Source: a virus
Lineage: Duplodnaviria > Caudoviricetes
Virus record (IMG/VR): IMGVR_UViG_3300008261_000064
Span: 1 to 63,673 of that record
Length of the DNA stretch: 63,673 bases
Strand: one strand, 5' to 3'
A program made the translations under genes and the position numbers. This document shows, one piece after another, positions 1 through 8,821 of the stretch. Every line of letters begins with the position of its first letter. Within the stretch, counting starts at the first letter, position 1. Under the pieces are notes generated by a model. The model did not search any database. It was given only the letters and a program-made list of their open reading frames with translations, and had not been told where the DNA came from.

Positions 1-49
1 GTAGAAAGTAGTTTTCCCTGGGGTGGGGGCTGAGTGGCGCGGGGGGAGG
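1..49. repeat. Terminal direct repeat, identical to 63625-63673 (circular assembly overlap)
   Basis: GTAGAAAGTAGTTTTCCCTGGGG...GGGGGGAGG occurs at both window ends. Confidence 0.97.
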
Positions 50-242
50 TCCCTTAAGACATCACATACCTCAGTAAATATATTCCTTGACAACCCACTC
101 TAATATGTAAACAGATATGTTTACTTTTAGGCTATTATAGTACTGATTAATATATCTAAGAAGAAAACCTCATAACTAAATGATAATCAATAATAGTATT
201 CCCTAATAGGGGAATTAAATCCCTGTATATGTAAAATATGGC

Positions 243-250
243 TATATTTG
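243..250 (+). promoter_or_regulatory. Bacteroidota -7 promoter element TATATTTG (first + arm promoter)
   Basis: Matches TAnnTTTG. Similar elements at 740, 1379, 5264, 8805, 11154, 13712, 14702, 22269, 28805, 36690, 40280, 40878 and 42963, all just upstream of gene starts. Confidence 0.75.
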
Positions 251-253
251 GCT

Positions 254-742
254 ATGAAAAAGAAACACGAAGAGTACTTGTACAGCCCGTATAAAATTAA
301 CGGAATAGTAGAGAAAATGTACATGACAAAATCAAATGAGACCTTAACAGTTAATCCTGAGACTGGTAAGTATTATACGATGAGGGAGGTTAGCCACAAT
401 AAGAACATATTACATGATGAACTGACTTATACAAAGCTGTTTCAAAGTGGAGTAGAGAGTATTATGGATTTATCTGGACCCTCATTAAAGATAGTCCTGT
501 ATGCTATGAGCGTAGTTAAGCCACTTAGTGAGATTGTGGTACTGCACGCATCTGATGTATGCACTGCTTGTAAAATAGCAGAAAAGACATTCTATAACAA
601 CATACTTGAGCTGTTAGAGAAAAGGATACTATGTAGGAAGATGGGTTCATCTATAGAGTTCTGGTTTGACCCTAACATTTTCTTCAATGGTAACAGGGTC
701 AATGTTAGCAGGCATAGATTGTCTAGTTTAAAAACTAGCTAA
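254..742 (+). CDS. RepL-like winged-HTH DNA-binding / replication protein
   Basis: C-terminal 'KTFYNNILELLEKRIL...FWFDPNIFFNGNR' resembles RepL-type HTH proteins; ATG at 254 preferred over TTG at 248. Confidence 0.6.
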   Translation: MKKKHEEYLYSPYKINGIVEKMYMTKSNETLTVNPETGKYYTMREVSHNKNILHDELTYTKLFQSGVESIMDLSGPSLKIVLYAMSVVKPLSEIVVLHASDVCTACKIAEKTFYNNILELLEKRILCRKMGSSIEFWFDPNIFFNGNRVNVSRHRLSSLKTS

Positions 743-751
743 TTTTGGTAG

Positions 752-1366
752 ATGAAATACGAAATACCAGATGAATTTAAACCGTTTATATCAAATGTTA
801 AGAGAAGGTGTAAAGCGAATGGGGTCGAACTCGTGCTCGCTCCTTCTCGTACTGTTGTACTCACTGATACTTTTACTGCTGACTGTTCTGGGTACTTCGA
901 TGGGAATGACAAGGTTTTAGTTGTCGCGTGTGGTAAACCTTTTGAAGATTGGATAGAGATTCTGATACACGAGTACTCACACATGGAGCAATGGTTAACA
1001 GACAATAGATGGTCTCATTGGGAGAAGTGCTGTATAGCCCTTTGGGAATGGATGGACAAAGACAGGATAATGAATGGCACTCAGTTGGGAAATGTAATAG
1101 ACGGAATGATTGAATTAGAAAGGGATTGTGAGATTAGGGCACTCAATACTATAGACAAGTGGGAGTTGCCAATAAATAAGTCAAGATACAAGCGGAAGGC
1201 TAACCTATATCTGTACAGCTACCGTCTTATGCCAGAACTTAAAAAGTTCCCTACTGGCATATACGACAACAAGAATATAGTTGCTATGTGTCCACCAAGG
1301 ATGCTAAAGAACTACAAGAAGGTCCCACCCCAAATTAGGGAGGCTGTACTAAATATATACTCATAA
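752..1366 (+). CDS. HExxH zinc metallopeptidase-like protein
   Basis: 'ILIHEYSHMEQW' plus downstream 'ELERDCE'. Confidence 0.6.
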   Translation: MKYEIPDEFKPFISNVKRRCKANGVELVLAPSRTVVLTDTFTADCSGYFDGNDKVLVVACGKPFEDWIEILIHEYSHMEQWLTDNRWSHWEKCCIALWEWMDKDRIMNGTQLGNVIDGMIELERDCEIRALNTIDKWELPINKSRYKRKANLYLYSYRLMPELKKFPTGIYDNKNIVAMCPPRMLKNYKKVPPQIREAVLNIYS

Positions 1367-1394
1367 CATATTTTATACTAAATTTGTTACAAAT

Positions 1395-1562
1395 ATGTCA
1401 ATCATGAGAACAAAACAACAGGGAATGATTAAAGAGTATGGCGGTAAAGAAGTTTATGCCTCAAAAGCTGCTAAAGCTAAACACGAAAAGAAAGAGGGTA
1501 AGAAAGTTGAGGCAAAAGAAAAGAAGATGGAAAAATCATCAGTAAAATTTAAAAAGAAATAA
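1395..1562 (+). CDS. Small Lys-rich protein (55 aa, not in ORF track)
   Basis: MSIMRTKQQGMIKEYGGKEVYASKAAKAKHEKKEG...KFKKK; follows the promoter at 1379 and fills the gap. Confidence 0.75.
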   Translation: MSIMRTKQQGMIKEYGGKEVYASKAAKAKHEKKEGKKVEAKEKKMEKSSVKFKKK

Positions 1563-1580
1563 ATTTATAAAAAGTATATA

Positions 1581-1775
1581 ATGCAACAGCCTAAACCAAA
1601 ACAAAAATATACTCCTACCAAAGAGGATATAGCATTCTCCAAAAGGTCTGGTATACCAATGTCGGATATTATAGCTCAAGGTGGCGTTACTCCATCTTCT
1701 GTTATTAAAGAGATTAAAAAGACAGGAGGATATATATCAAAGTATAAGGGATTGTCTAAGATTAAAAAGAAATAG
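1581..1775 (+). CDS. Small basic protein
   Basis: 64 aa, MQQPKPK start, tightly packed with neighbours. Confidence 0.7.
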   Translation: MQQPKPKQKYTPTKEDIAFSKRSGIPMSDIIAQGGVTPSSVIKEIKKTGGYISKYKGLSKIKKK

Positions 1776-2135
1776 ATATGCAACCTAAAAAACCACTTGG
1801 TCTTAAAAAAGCACCTAAACTAAAACCTAGTAGGGTTAGAGAAATCGCCGACTCTTTGATGGAGAGTAGTAAGAGTAAAAAGCAGGCCGCTTATCAACAA
1901 AATGCAATAGGTAAGGCTGCAATTAAAAATGGAGTTGGAGATAAGCAGTTGAGAGTATGGGGTAAAGATTTTGGTGATATAGGTACATTGTCTGGTAGAG
2001 ATAGGATTAATATTGCAAATAGACTAAGGAAGGAAGCATCTTCCGATTCTTCAGAATCTATAAGACTAAGAAATCTAATTAAAAAGAAATAGATATGCAA
2101 CCTAAAAAACCACTTGGTCTTAAAAAAGCACCTAA
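1761..2135 (+). repeat. 58-bp exact direct repeat (1761-1818 and 2078-2135) spanning stop, start and N-terminal codons
   Basis: ATTAAAAAGAAATAGATATGCAACCTAAAAAACCACTTGGTCTTAAAAAAGCACCTAA occurs twice. Confidence 0.95.
1778..2092 (+). CDS. Small basic protein, paralog of 2095
   Basis: Shares N-terminus MQPKKPLGLKKAPKL with the next gene. Confidence 0.8.
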   Translation: MQPKKPLGLKKAPKLKPSRVREIADSLMESSKSKKQAAYQQNAIGKAAIKNGVGDKQLRVWGKDFGDIGTLSGRDRINIANRLRKEASSDSSESIRLRNLIKKK

Positions 2136-2390
2136 GCTTTCAGTTAAAAGAGTGTTACAGATATCGGATTCTTTAATAACAGCTCCAACTAAGTCTATTA
2201 GTGAGTCAGACGCAAACTATGCAAAAAGCGAAAGACTAAGGAAGCAGGCTTACTCTAAAATGAGTCCATCACAGATAAAGGCTCAGGATAGAAAAAAGAT
2301 TCTTTAATTACAGGGAGTTTAAAAGCTGAAGTAAAAAGTCTCAGAGAATCAATGAATAAAAAATATCCAAAAATAGTTCCTAAAAATTAA
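2095..2390 (+). CDS. Small basic protein; stops at 2307, or extends to 2390 via a -1 shift at A_AAA_AAG (2292-2298)
   Basis: The -1 frame continues DSLITGSLKAEVK...PKN and ends 3 nt before the next ATG. Confidence 0.65.
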
Positions 2391-2393
2391 TAG

Positions 2394-2516
2394 ATGGCAA
2401 AGGCTAAAGGCAGTGGAGAAAAGATAAAGAAGACCTTTGGTAAAAGGAAAAAAGGTGCTGCACAAAAGTCTTTCAATAAACACGATAAGAAGGATAGGCA
2501 ATACCGTGGGAGATGA
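2394..2516 (+). CDS. Small basic protein (40 aa, not in ORF track)
   Basis: MAKAKGSGEKIKKTFGKRKKG...YRGR; ATGA overlap with the next gene. Confidence 0.7.
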   Translation: MAKAKGSGEKIKKTFGKRKKGAAQKSFNKHDKKDRQYRGR

Positions 2517-2899
2517 GTACAGCTACTAAAACAAAACCTGAATTATGGAAGCGTATAGTTGCAAATGTAAAGGCTGGTTCCAAAGGTGGAAATGCAAACG
2601 AATGGTCTGCCCGCAAAGCGCAGCTAGCGGTAGCCTTATACAAAAAATCTGGTGGTGGGTATCAAGGAAAGAAGTCAAGCTCAAATTCGTTGTCGAATTG
2701 GACGAAACAGAACTGGACGACCTCTTCAGGGAAGCTGTCGGGTGGGAAGCTTCGGTATTTACCGGAGAAAGCATGGAAAGCCCTAAGCCCAAGTCAAAGA
2801 AGAGCAACAAACCAAGCAAAAGCACAGGGAAATCAGAAGGGAAAGCAGTTCGTAAGCCAGCCAAAAAAGATAGCGTCAATAACAAAAAAATATAGATAA
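2513..2899 (+). CDS. Conserved basic phage protein (DUF5872-like)
   Basis: 'WSARKAQLAVALYKKSGGGY' and 'RYLPEKAW' motifs. Confidence 0.7.
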   Translation: MSTATKTKPELWKRIVANVKAGSKGGNANEWSARKAQLAVALYKKSGGGYQGKKSSSNSLSNWTKQNWTTSSGKLSGGKLRYLPEKAWKALSPSQRRATNQAKAQGNQKGKQFVSQPKKIASITKKYR

Positions 2900-2900
2900 A

Positions 2901-3722
2901 ATGGCACTACCACAAGGCGCATTATCAAAGCTCATAGAAATTTTGAATGATAGAGACAAGAGAGGACCCGGAGGCCCCGGAAAACCAGTAACCGCTTACC
3001 AAGGAGGTAAGACCCCTACTCCAACAGGTAGAAGTAATGAATTCAACTATGCAGGAGGTTTAGATTCCTACCTTCAAGAAGCTGCAAGAAGAGGTCTAGA
3101 TGTATCAAACGTACAATCTGCTGAAGACCTTCAAGGTAGGATTTATGACAGCCTTATGGCTTCAAAAGAGGGCCAAGGAATTATCAAGAATATGTGGAAG
3201 GATTACGGAGATACTCTCAAGGGTTCTGGAAAGGTATTGCCAGAAAATCTTTCAGAACAAGATTTGGCTGAATTGAGGTCAAGTTTTGTAGATAATAAAC
3301 TTGGAGGAAGAACTCAGATGGTTCTTGGCGCAATGCAACCTCCGACTCCACCTCAGCCGCCCCCACCAACTCAACCAGAAAGAAGAAGAGTTACTGATAT
3401 TGTTGATAAGGTTATGGGTAAAAGTAAGTTTGGGGAAAATCATGGTATAGGACTTGTGTATCAAAACTATGATTTAGAATTTGACCCAAAATATGGATAT
3501 CGTAAGGTGCCGGGTTCGGAGTACAATGATGTTGTTATGTTCCCAGAAGATTCAGAATATATGCAAACTGAAGGGAAACAATTAGGTGAACTTCCTGCAG
3601 ATGTTGCTGAAAGATATAGGCAAAAGTATAATGCAAAAAATATCGTTAGAGGTAAAAGTTCTGGAGAAGGGTACGGAGAAGAATATGCAAAACAGTTGAG
3701 AAGTCAAAGAGTAATAAAGTAG
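2901..3722 (+). CDS. Hypothetical protein (Pro-rich linker)
   Basis: 273-aa ORF, contiguous with neighbours. Confidence 0.7.
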   Translation: MALPQGALSKLIEILNDRDKRGPGGPGKPVTAYQGGKTPTPTGRSNEFNYAGGLDSYLQEAARRGLDVSNVQSAEDLQGRIYDSLMASKEGQGIIKNMWKDYGDTLKGSGKVLPENLSEQDLAELRSSFVDNKLGGRTQMVLGAMQPPTPPQPPPPTQPERRRVTDIVDKVMGKSKFGENHGIGLVYQNYDLEFDPKYGYRKVPGSEYNDVVMFPEDSEYMQTEGKQLGELPADVAERYRQKYNAKNIVRGKSSGEGYGEEYAKQLRSQRVIK

Positions 3723-3728
3723 TTGGTA

Positions 3729-4670
3729 ATGCCAAATGATAAAAAACCGAAACCTAGTAGCAGGCCATCTGCCAGTACACTTAGGAGTATAATCAAAAAT
3801 CCAAAAATGGTTGAGGGGTTAGGTAAAGTTTTTTTAACTGCTTCTGGTGTAATGTCTCCAATACGTAAAGTTGGGCAATCTGTTTTAAATAGAATGTCTG
3901 AAAATTTAGACCCATATAACTATGGTGATAGGGCAAATAATAGGTCTCTTGGTACAAGACTATTTGAAACTGTTTTTTTAAATAAAAAAGAACCAGCTAG
4001 GGCAGAAACAGAGCAATTTATTGAAAAGGGGTACGGAATGAAACCGGATGTTGGGTTTAAAGAAAGGGTAGACCTTTTACAAATGCTTGCTAATAAACCA
4101 CAAAAATATAATACCATATTGCCTTCCCCGTATGCGCCAACTGTTGGTGCTAATTCTATGAAAACCAAATATTATATGTCTCCTAGCTTAGAGGAGGAGA
4201 TACTAAAAGATTTAGCTCTTGGGGATAAAAAAATAATGAGTGAGAAGGATATTATGGATATAGTAGTGCCAAGGGCCTCAATAGATAAAGATACTGGTAA
4301 GCCAATGATTGATATTGGGGGTGTTACTACTACAGTACCTGGACTTGGACAGGCTACGTATGGTGCTAAAAGAGACGAAAAAGGTAGGCTGTATTTATCC
4401 TATTCCGATAAATGGGATTTAGACCCAAGAGAAGGAGTTTCTGCGGAAGATAAAAAAATGAGCCTATTCAATATTAGGACAATGGGAGACCTAAAAGATT
4501 ATGGAATAGGTCTAGGAACAGATATTGTATCAACAGCAGCATCTCCAACTCGTGTCTACGGAAGGATATATTTTGACCCAAAAACAGGAAAACCTTTAAA
4601 AAATACTCCTGCTAAGATGCCTGCTGATAGAATCAAAAAAGTCTTGCCTAGAAAATCCAATAGCAAATAA
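3729..4670 (+). CDS. Hypothetical protein
   Basis: About 313-aa ORF; 'YLSYSDKWDLDP' motif. Confidence 0.7.
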   Translation: MPNDKKPKPSSRPSASTLRSIIKNPKMVEGLGKVFLTASGVMSPIRKVGQSVLNRMSENLDPYNYGDRANNRSLGTRLFETVFLNKKEPARAETEQFIEKGYGMKPDVGFKERVDLLQMLANKPQKYNTILPSPYAPTVGANSMKTKYYMSPSLEEEILKDLALGDKKIMSEKDIMDIVVPRASIDKDTGKPMIDIGGVTTTVPGLGQATYGAKRDEKGRLYLSYSDKWDLDPREGVSAEDKKMSLFNIRTMGDLKDYGIGLGTDIVSTAASPTRVYGRIYFDPKTGKPLKNTPAKMPADRIKKVLPRKSNSK

Positions 4671-4747
4671 TACTGGCATACTATCTCCAAGGTATGAATA
4701 ACATGCTAGCCATACCAAGCATGTCAATACTGTTAATTTATAGTCTT

Positions 4748-4903
4748 TCATTTTCTTTGTATATATGCTTTGTAAAAAAGAAAGCCAGTAAGTATAGGCC
4801 ATATTACGCAGAAGATAACGACATTGACAACTTGATATGTTGTCCCTAGTAGATTTGCAATAAAATACAATAAGTCTACACACTTGTCAAAAAGATAGTT
4901 CAT
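4748..4903 (-). CDS. Small membrane protein (51 aa), opposite to the late arm
   Basis: MNYLFDKCVDLLYFIANLLGTTYQVVNVVIFCVIWPILTGFLFYKAYIQRK; AACTATG start context; occupies the intergenic gap. Confidence 0.7.
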   Translation of the reverse strand: MNYLFDKCVDLLYFIANLLGTTYQVVNVVIFCVIWPILTGFLFYKAYIQRK

Positions 4904-4960
4904 AGTTGTATATTTGTGTGCAAGATAAACATATATTGTTAATCTGCAAAAAATATTTTT

Positions 4961-5266
4961 ATGATTGAATATAGGGGTGAAAAATTCGCAGGATACAATA
5001 AGCCTAAAGACGCTAGTGATGGCGTACATAAAAAGGTTGTTCTTGCCAAAGAAGGAGACAAGGTTAGACTTGTAAGATTCGGGGCCAAGGGTTACTCTTC
5101 CAACTATTCTCCAGAAGCTAGACAGCAGTATAGACAAAGACACGCAAAAGAGGCAAATAGCTCTAAGCTGACAGCAGGATGGTGGGCATATCACTATCTT
5201 TGGTCTAAAAGTTCTCAAGTCTACAGAAGCGGAAAAAGTTCTGGAAAAGGAGAAAGGTTTAAGTAA
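4961..5266 (+). CDS. Conserved small basic viral protein
   Basis: 'LVRFGAKGY...YRQRH...TAGWWAYHYLW' pattern of a widespread viral DUF. Confidence 0.65.
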   Translation: MIEYRGEKFAGYNKPKDASDGVHKKVVLAKEGDKVRLVRFGAKGYSSNYSPEARQQYRQRHAKEANSSKLTAGWWAYHYLWSKSSQVYRSGKSSGKGERFK

Positions 5267-5313
5267 CTTTGTTTTCACGGCGACCATCGCCGCCAAACCA
5301 TAAAACCATAAAC

Positions 5314-5916
5314 ATGTACGAGAATTTGTACAACACGATTAAGCCCGTTGGCAGAAGAATCATTGTTGCCATAAGCTCTAAAGAAAAAAATACCCACGAA
5401 ATCGAATTGGAGGATGGCTCTAAAGTTGAGCTGTACATTGACAACACCTACTCTTGGGATAGCAGGATAACCAACCACACCCAAGGGGTCCTCTTAACAG
5501 ATTACAAAAACTTAAAAGCTGGAACAAATGTCCTACTACACCACAATTCAATTAATGAGGAGAATAAACTGGATATCCAGCCCGATATCCATACCGCAAT
5601 TCACGCAGTCGAAGAAATGTTCTTATACTTTGGTATAGATGGTGATGAACTTATCTGTATTGATGGATATATGTTAGCCGAAAGGGTATATGATGAAGAC
5701 GATGTCAGCCCTGGAGGTATAATACTAGTAGAAAAGAAAAAGCAAGATTCAATGCTAAAAATATTAGCAAAACCAGATTCAATAACTGATTTTGAAGTTG
5801 GAGATACCGCCATAGTATACAAGAAGTCTGATTATGAGATGACGCATAATATTGGTGGTAAGCTTCAGAAAATAATACGTTTAAAATATTCAGATTGTTT
5901 AGGAAAATGTCAATAG
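5314..5916 (+). CDS. GroES-like co-chaperonin (tandem domains)
   Basis: 'IKPVGRRIIV' and 'SPGGIILVE...FEVGDTAIV' GroES-like motifs, upstream of terminase. Confidence 0.55.
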   Translation: MYENLYNTIKPVGRRIIVAISSKEKNTHEIELEDGSKVELYIDNTYSWDSRITNHTQGVLLTDYKNLKAGTNVLLHHNSINEENKLDIQPDIHTAIHAVEEMFLYFGIDGDELICIDGYMLAERVYDEDDVSPGGIILVEKKKQDSMLKILAKPDSITDFEVGDTAIVYKKSDYEMTHNIGGKLQKIIRLKYSDCLGKCQ

Positions 5917-6227
5917 AAGAAAAATTAAAACTTTACGAAGAAGACGGTATTGTTGGTGCGTACTATTCATTGAATAGGAAGCTCAATGAGATAACTGGCC
6001 TACTCAATAATAATGACCTCACAAGACTTGACCTAGCAGATAAGAATGATGGGTCTTGGGAAAGAGTATTGAAGTTGTTTAATTCGGTAGGAGAGATAAA
6101 CGATGTAATGAAAAAGCTCAGAATGGACAATCAGCTTTCTGGTGATGAAGAAAAGGATAAAGCAAGGAGAAAGCCACTAATTGAAGAATTATTCTCAAAT
6201 GATACGAGTAAGCCTCAAGGAAGATAA
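5907..6227 (+). CDS. Hypothetical protein, possible terminase small subunit
   Basis: Helical ~106-aa protein near terL; positional inference only. Confidence 0.35.
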   Translation: MSIEEKLKLYEEDGIVGAYYSLNRKLNEITGLLNNNDLTRLDLADKNDGSWERVLKLFNSVGEINDVMKKLRMDNQLSGDEEKDKARRKPLIEELFSNDTSKPQGR

Positions 6228-6801
6228 AGAAGTAATTTATGATGCATACCAAAGGGCTCTAAACAACTTGCGTGTTCAGAGGCATAAGAATAAAGAGCAC
6301 GTACTCCATAAAAGAAAAATAATTAAAGAAAAGAATAAGAAGTACAATACACTTCATTGGAAACTATTTAGGATGAAGCAAGTGATGTTTGGGCTTGATG
6401 CTGAGATTAAAAAACTAAAAGTAAGGCATAATACAAAAAAGGCTGAAGGAAGAAAACTTGGATATAAAGAGGCTATGAGAAAGATTGACAAGATAGCCTT
6501 TACCCCAGATAATCCATATAAGTTTATAGCAATGTTAGACCTTCTTTCTGATACAATAAGGTATAGCGTTAAGGAAATTTCATTTATATTGTGGGCAAAC
6601 CAATTTGATTTCTTTACTAAAAAAGACTTTGATAGGGATTTGTCTAAATCAGAAATACCATACTACCACATGGTGTCAAAGTTTAAGAGGTCAAACATTG
6701 TAACAATAATTGGTTCTAAAGAAAATAGAAACGTATACTCACTCACTGGAATCGGAAAACAGATGGGAATTAAAATAAATAAGTATATAAAAAACATATA
6801 A
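6199..6801 (+). CDS. Basic protein with possible C-terminal winged helix
   Basis: Basic coiled N-terminus; 'RNVYSLTGIGK' wing-like ending. Confidence 0.45.
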   Translation: MIRVSLKEDKEVIYDAYQRALNNLRVQRHKNKEHVLHKRKIIKEKNKKYNTLHWKLFRMKQVMFGLDAEIKKLKVRHNTKKAEGRKLGYKEAMRKIDKIAFTPDNPYKFIAMLDLLSDTIRYSVKEISFILWANQFDFFTKKDFDRDLSKSEIPYYHMVSKFKRSNIVTIIGSKENRNVYSLTGIGKQMGIKINKYIKNI

Positions 6802-6802
6802 T

Positions 6803-8800
6803 TTGTATCAAGAGCAAGAAATATACGGGATTACATATAAGACTCCAGAAGTACCAGAATACTTCCCTGATGGCAATAAGTTCAAAAAGATTCATATCCC
6901 CGAAGTATTTGAAGACCTTGAGTTTGACGATGAGGGCAATGCTATATACGGCCTTGAGCAGATGGATTTTATTGTTCAAGAGGTTGGTAGAATTAAAAAT
7001 GGATATTGGTTTATCAATAATGGAGTAGAAACATACATAACTGGCTTACACTATTTTTATTTAAACTATTGGACGCTTGAAGACGGCAATAACCCAGACT
7101 ATAGGGATGCAGATAGGAAATACTTCTACTTCCAAGATTATTGCGAAAAACTTCCGCAATGCTACGGCATTGTTCGTATTAAAAAACGTAGGGAAGGTGC
7201 TACATCTCAAGCTACCTGCTATTTGGTTTGGAAAGCAATAACGCAAAAAAAACAATTCTGCGGAATTATATCGAAAACGGGTAAGGATGCTTCCGATGCT
7301 TTTATTTACATGGTTATGAATGGGTATAGGAATCTACCTATATTCCTAAAGCCAAGGGTTGAGGATGAGGAGACAAAAACAGAACTTGTATTTAAAAAGA
7401 AGAAGGATAAGAGGAAGGTAGTTCAGCGAGCAAAGGGTAAAATATTTGATGACGATATTGGCATGGAGTCAAAGATTAACTTTAAGAATACGGCATTGAA
7501 CTCTTATGACTCAGGAAGGGTATCTGCTTTACTAATGGACGAAGCTGGTAAATGGCCAAAGGAGGTTGCAGTAAATCAATATTGGCCAATCGTAAAGAAG
7601 ACCCTTATGAGGGGTGCTATCAAAGTAGGCTTCTGCGTGATACCATCAACAGCAAATGATGCTAAAAGTGGAGGTGAGCCATACAAGGCTCTTTTTGACG
7701 AAAGCTCCCATTTTGGCACCCCTTATACAGCCACTGGATTATATAGGTACTTTTGCCCGGCATATGACGGATATGAGGGATTTATAGATGAGTTTGGTAG
7801 TTCAATCATAGATACCCCTACAGAAGAACAAAGGATTTATGTAAAATCTAGATATGGGATGGACATTGATTGTGGGGCTAAAGATTACCTTATAAGACAG
7901 CGCAAGTTAATAACAGATAAAAAAGCACTATCTGAAGAAATAAGGATGAATCCTTTTACAGAAGAGGAAGCATTTATGATTGACCAAAAGAAGTGCTATT
8001 TTAACTCTGAGAAGATATACAACCAACTAGATGTCATAGCAGAGGATAATATTAGGTTAAGAAGGGTAAGGTTATTCTGGAAAGACAATAAAACTGTTGA
8101 TTGGGCGGATGACAAAGAAGGCTCTTGGTTAATACATAAATTTCCAAGTGATGGAGAGAAGAATAAGTTTAAGGAAGAATACGGGTACAAGACGCCTGCT
8201 AATATGAATAAGTATGTTTCTGGCATAGACCCATTCAAGTCGTCTGTCATATCTGGAAAGGGCTCTATGGGAGCATGCTATGTATTTGAGAGATTGGACA
8301 TAAATGACCCGAATAATACTGGTATTCCAATAGCTGAATATGTGGACAGGCCAAGGCTAAAGTCTTTATTTCATGAAGAAATGCTAAAAGCAGCTGTATT
8401 TTGGGGGTATAAGGCATGCTATGAGAATGACGTTGGAGACGATTTTGTTGATTATTTTTCAAATAAGGGGTATAAGGGATACCTTATGAAAACTCCAGAT
8501 GCAGCTATTGACAGGAATAAAAGAAGGCATGTTTCTAAGTATGGCGTAACGTCTGGAGATGCATTTGCCCTTGCTAGGCAACTAGATACCTGTATTACGT
8601 ATATTGAGAATTATTGCGATAAAATAGTGTTCAAGGACTTACTTGAAGAACTGTTGCAATATGACCATGAACATAGAACAGTATACGATAGAACAGTAGC
8701 TTTTATGATTAGCCTATTGTCTGGGGTGTCTCTAGAAAGCAAAAAAGACGAGAAGCCATTAGTTTCCATACCTTTGAGAACGTACAAACTGTCAATCTAA
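6803..8800 (+). CDS. terL: Terminase large subunit
   Basis: Walker A-like 'KKRREGAT', Walker B 'LLMDEAGKW', nuclease 'SGIDPF'; directly before portal. Confidence 0.92.
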   Translation: MYQEQEIYGITYKTPEVPEYFPDGNKFKKIHIPEVFEDLEFDDEGNAIYGLEQMDFIVQEVGRIKNGYWFINNGVETYITGLHYFYLNYWTLEDGNNPDYRDADRKYFYFQDYCEKLPQCYGIVRIKKRREGATSQATCYLVWKAITQKKQFCGIISKTGKDASDAFIYMVMNGYRNLPIFLKPRVEDEETKTELVFKKKKDKRKVVQRAKGKIFDDDIGMESKINFKNTALNSYDSGRVSALLMDEAGKWPKEVAVNQYWPIVKKTLMRGAIKVGFCVIPSTANDAKSGGEPYKALFDESSHFGTPYTATGLYRYFCPAYDGYEGFIDEFGSSIIDTPTEEQRIYVKSRYGMDIDCGAKDYLIRQRKLITDKKALSEEIRMNPFTEEEAFMIDQKKCYFNSEKIYNQLDVIAEDNIRLRRVRLFWKDNKTVDWADDKEGSWLIHKFPSDGEKNKFKEEYGYKTPANMNKYVSGIDPFKSSVISGKGSMGACYVFERLDINDPNNTGIPIAEYVDRPRLKSLFHEEMLKAAVFWGYKACYENDVGDDFVDYFSNKGYKGYLMKTPDAAIDRNKRRHVSKYGVTSGDAFALARQLDTCITYIENYCDKIVFKDLLEELLQYDHEHRTVYDRTVAFMISLLSGVSLESKKDEKPLVSIPLRTYKLSI

Positions 8801-8821
8801 TTTGTAATTTTGCCATATATT

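Noticed and set aside
1-49. Biological terminal repeat of the virion DNA
   Set aside because: A 49-nt exact overlap is equally explained by assembler circularisation; it cannot be resolved without reads.
2526-2895. ORFs 2545-2895 (+) and 2526-2885 (-)
   Set aside because: Shadows of the motif-bearing gene 2513-2899.
4904-5296. N-terminal part of the 182-aa - strand ORF 4748-5296
   Set aside because: Antisense shadow of 4961-5266; only 4748-4903 looks like a gene.
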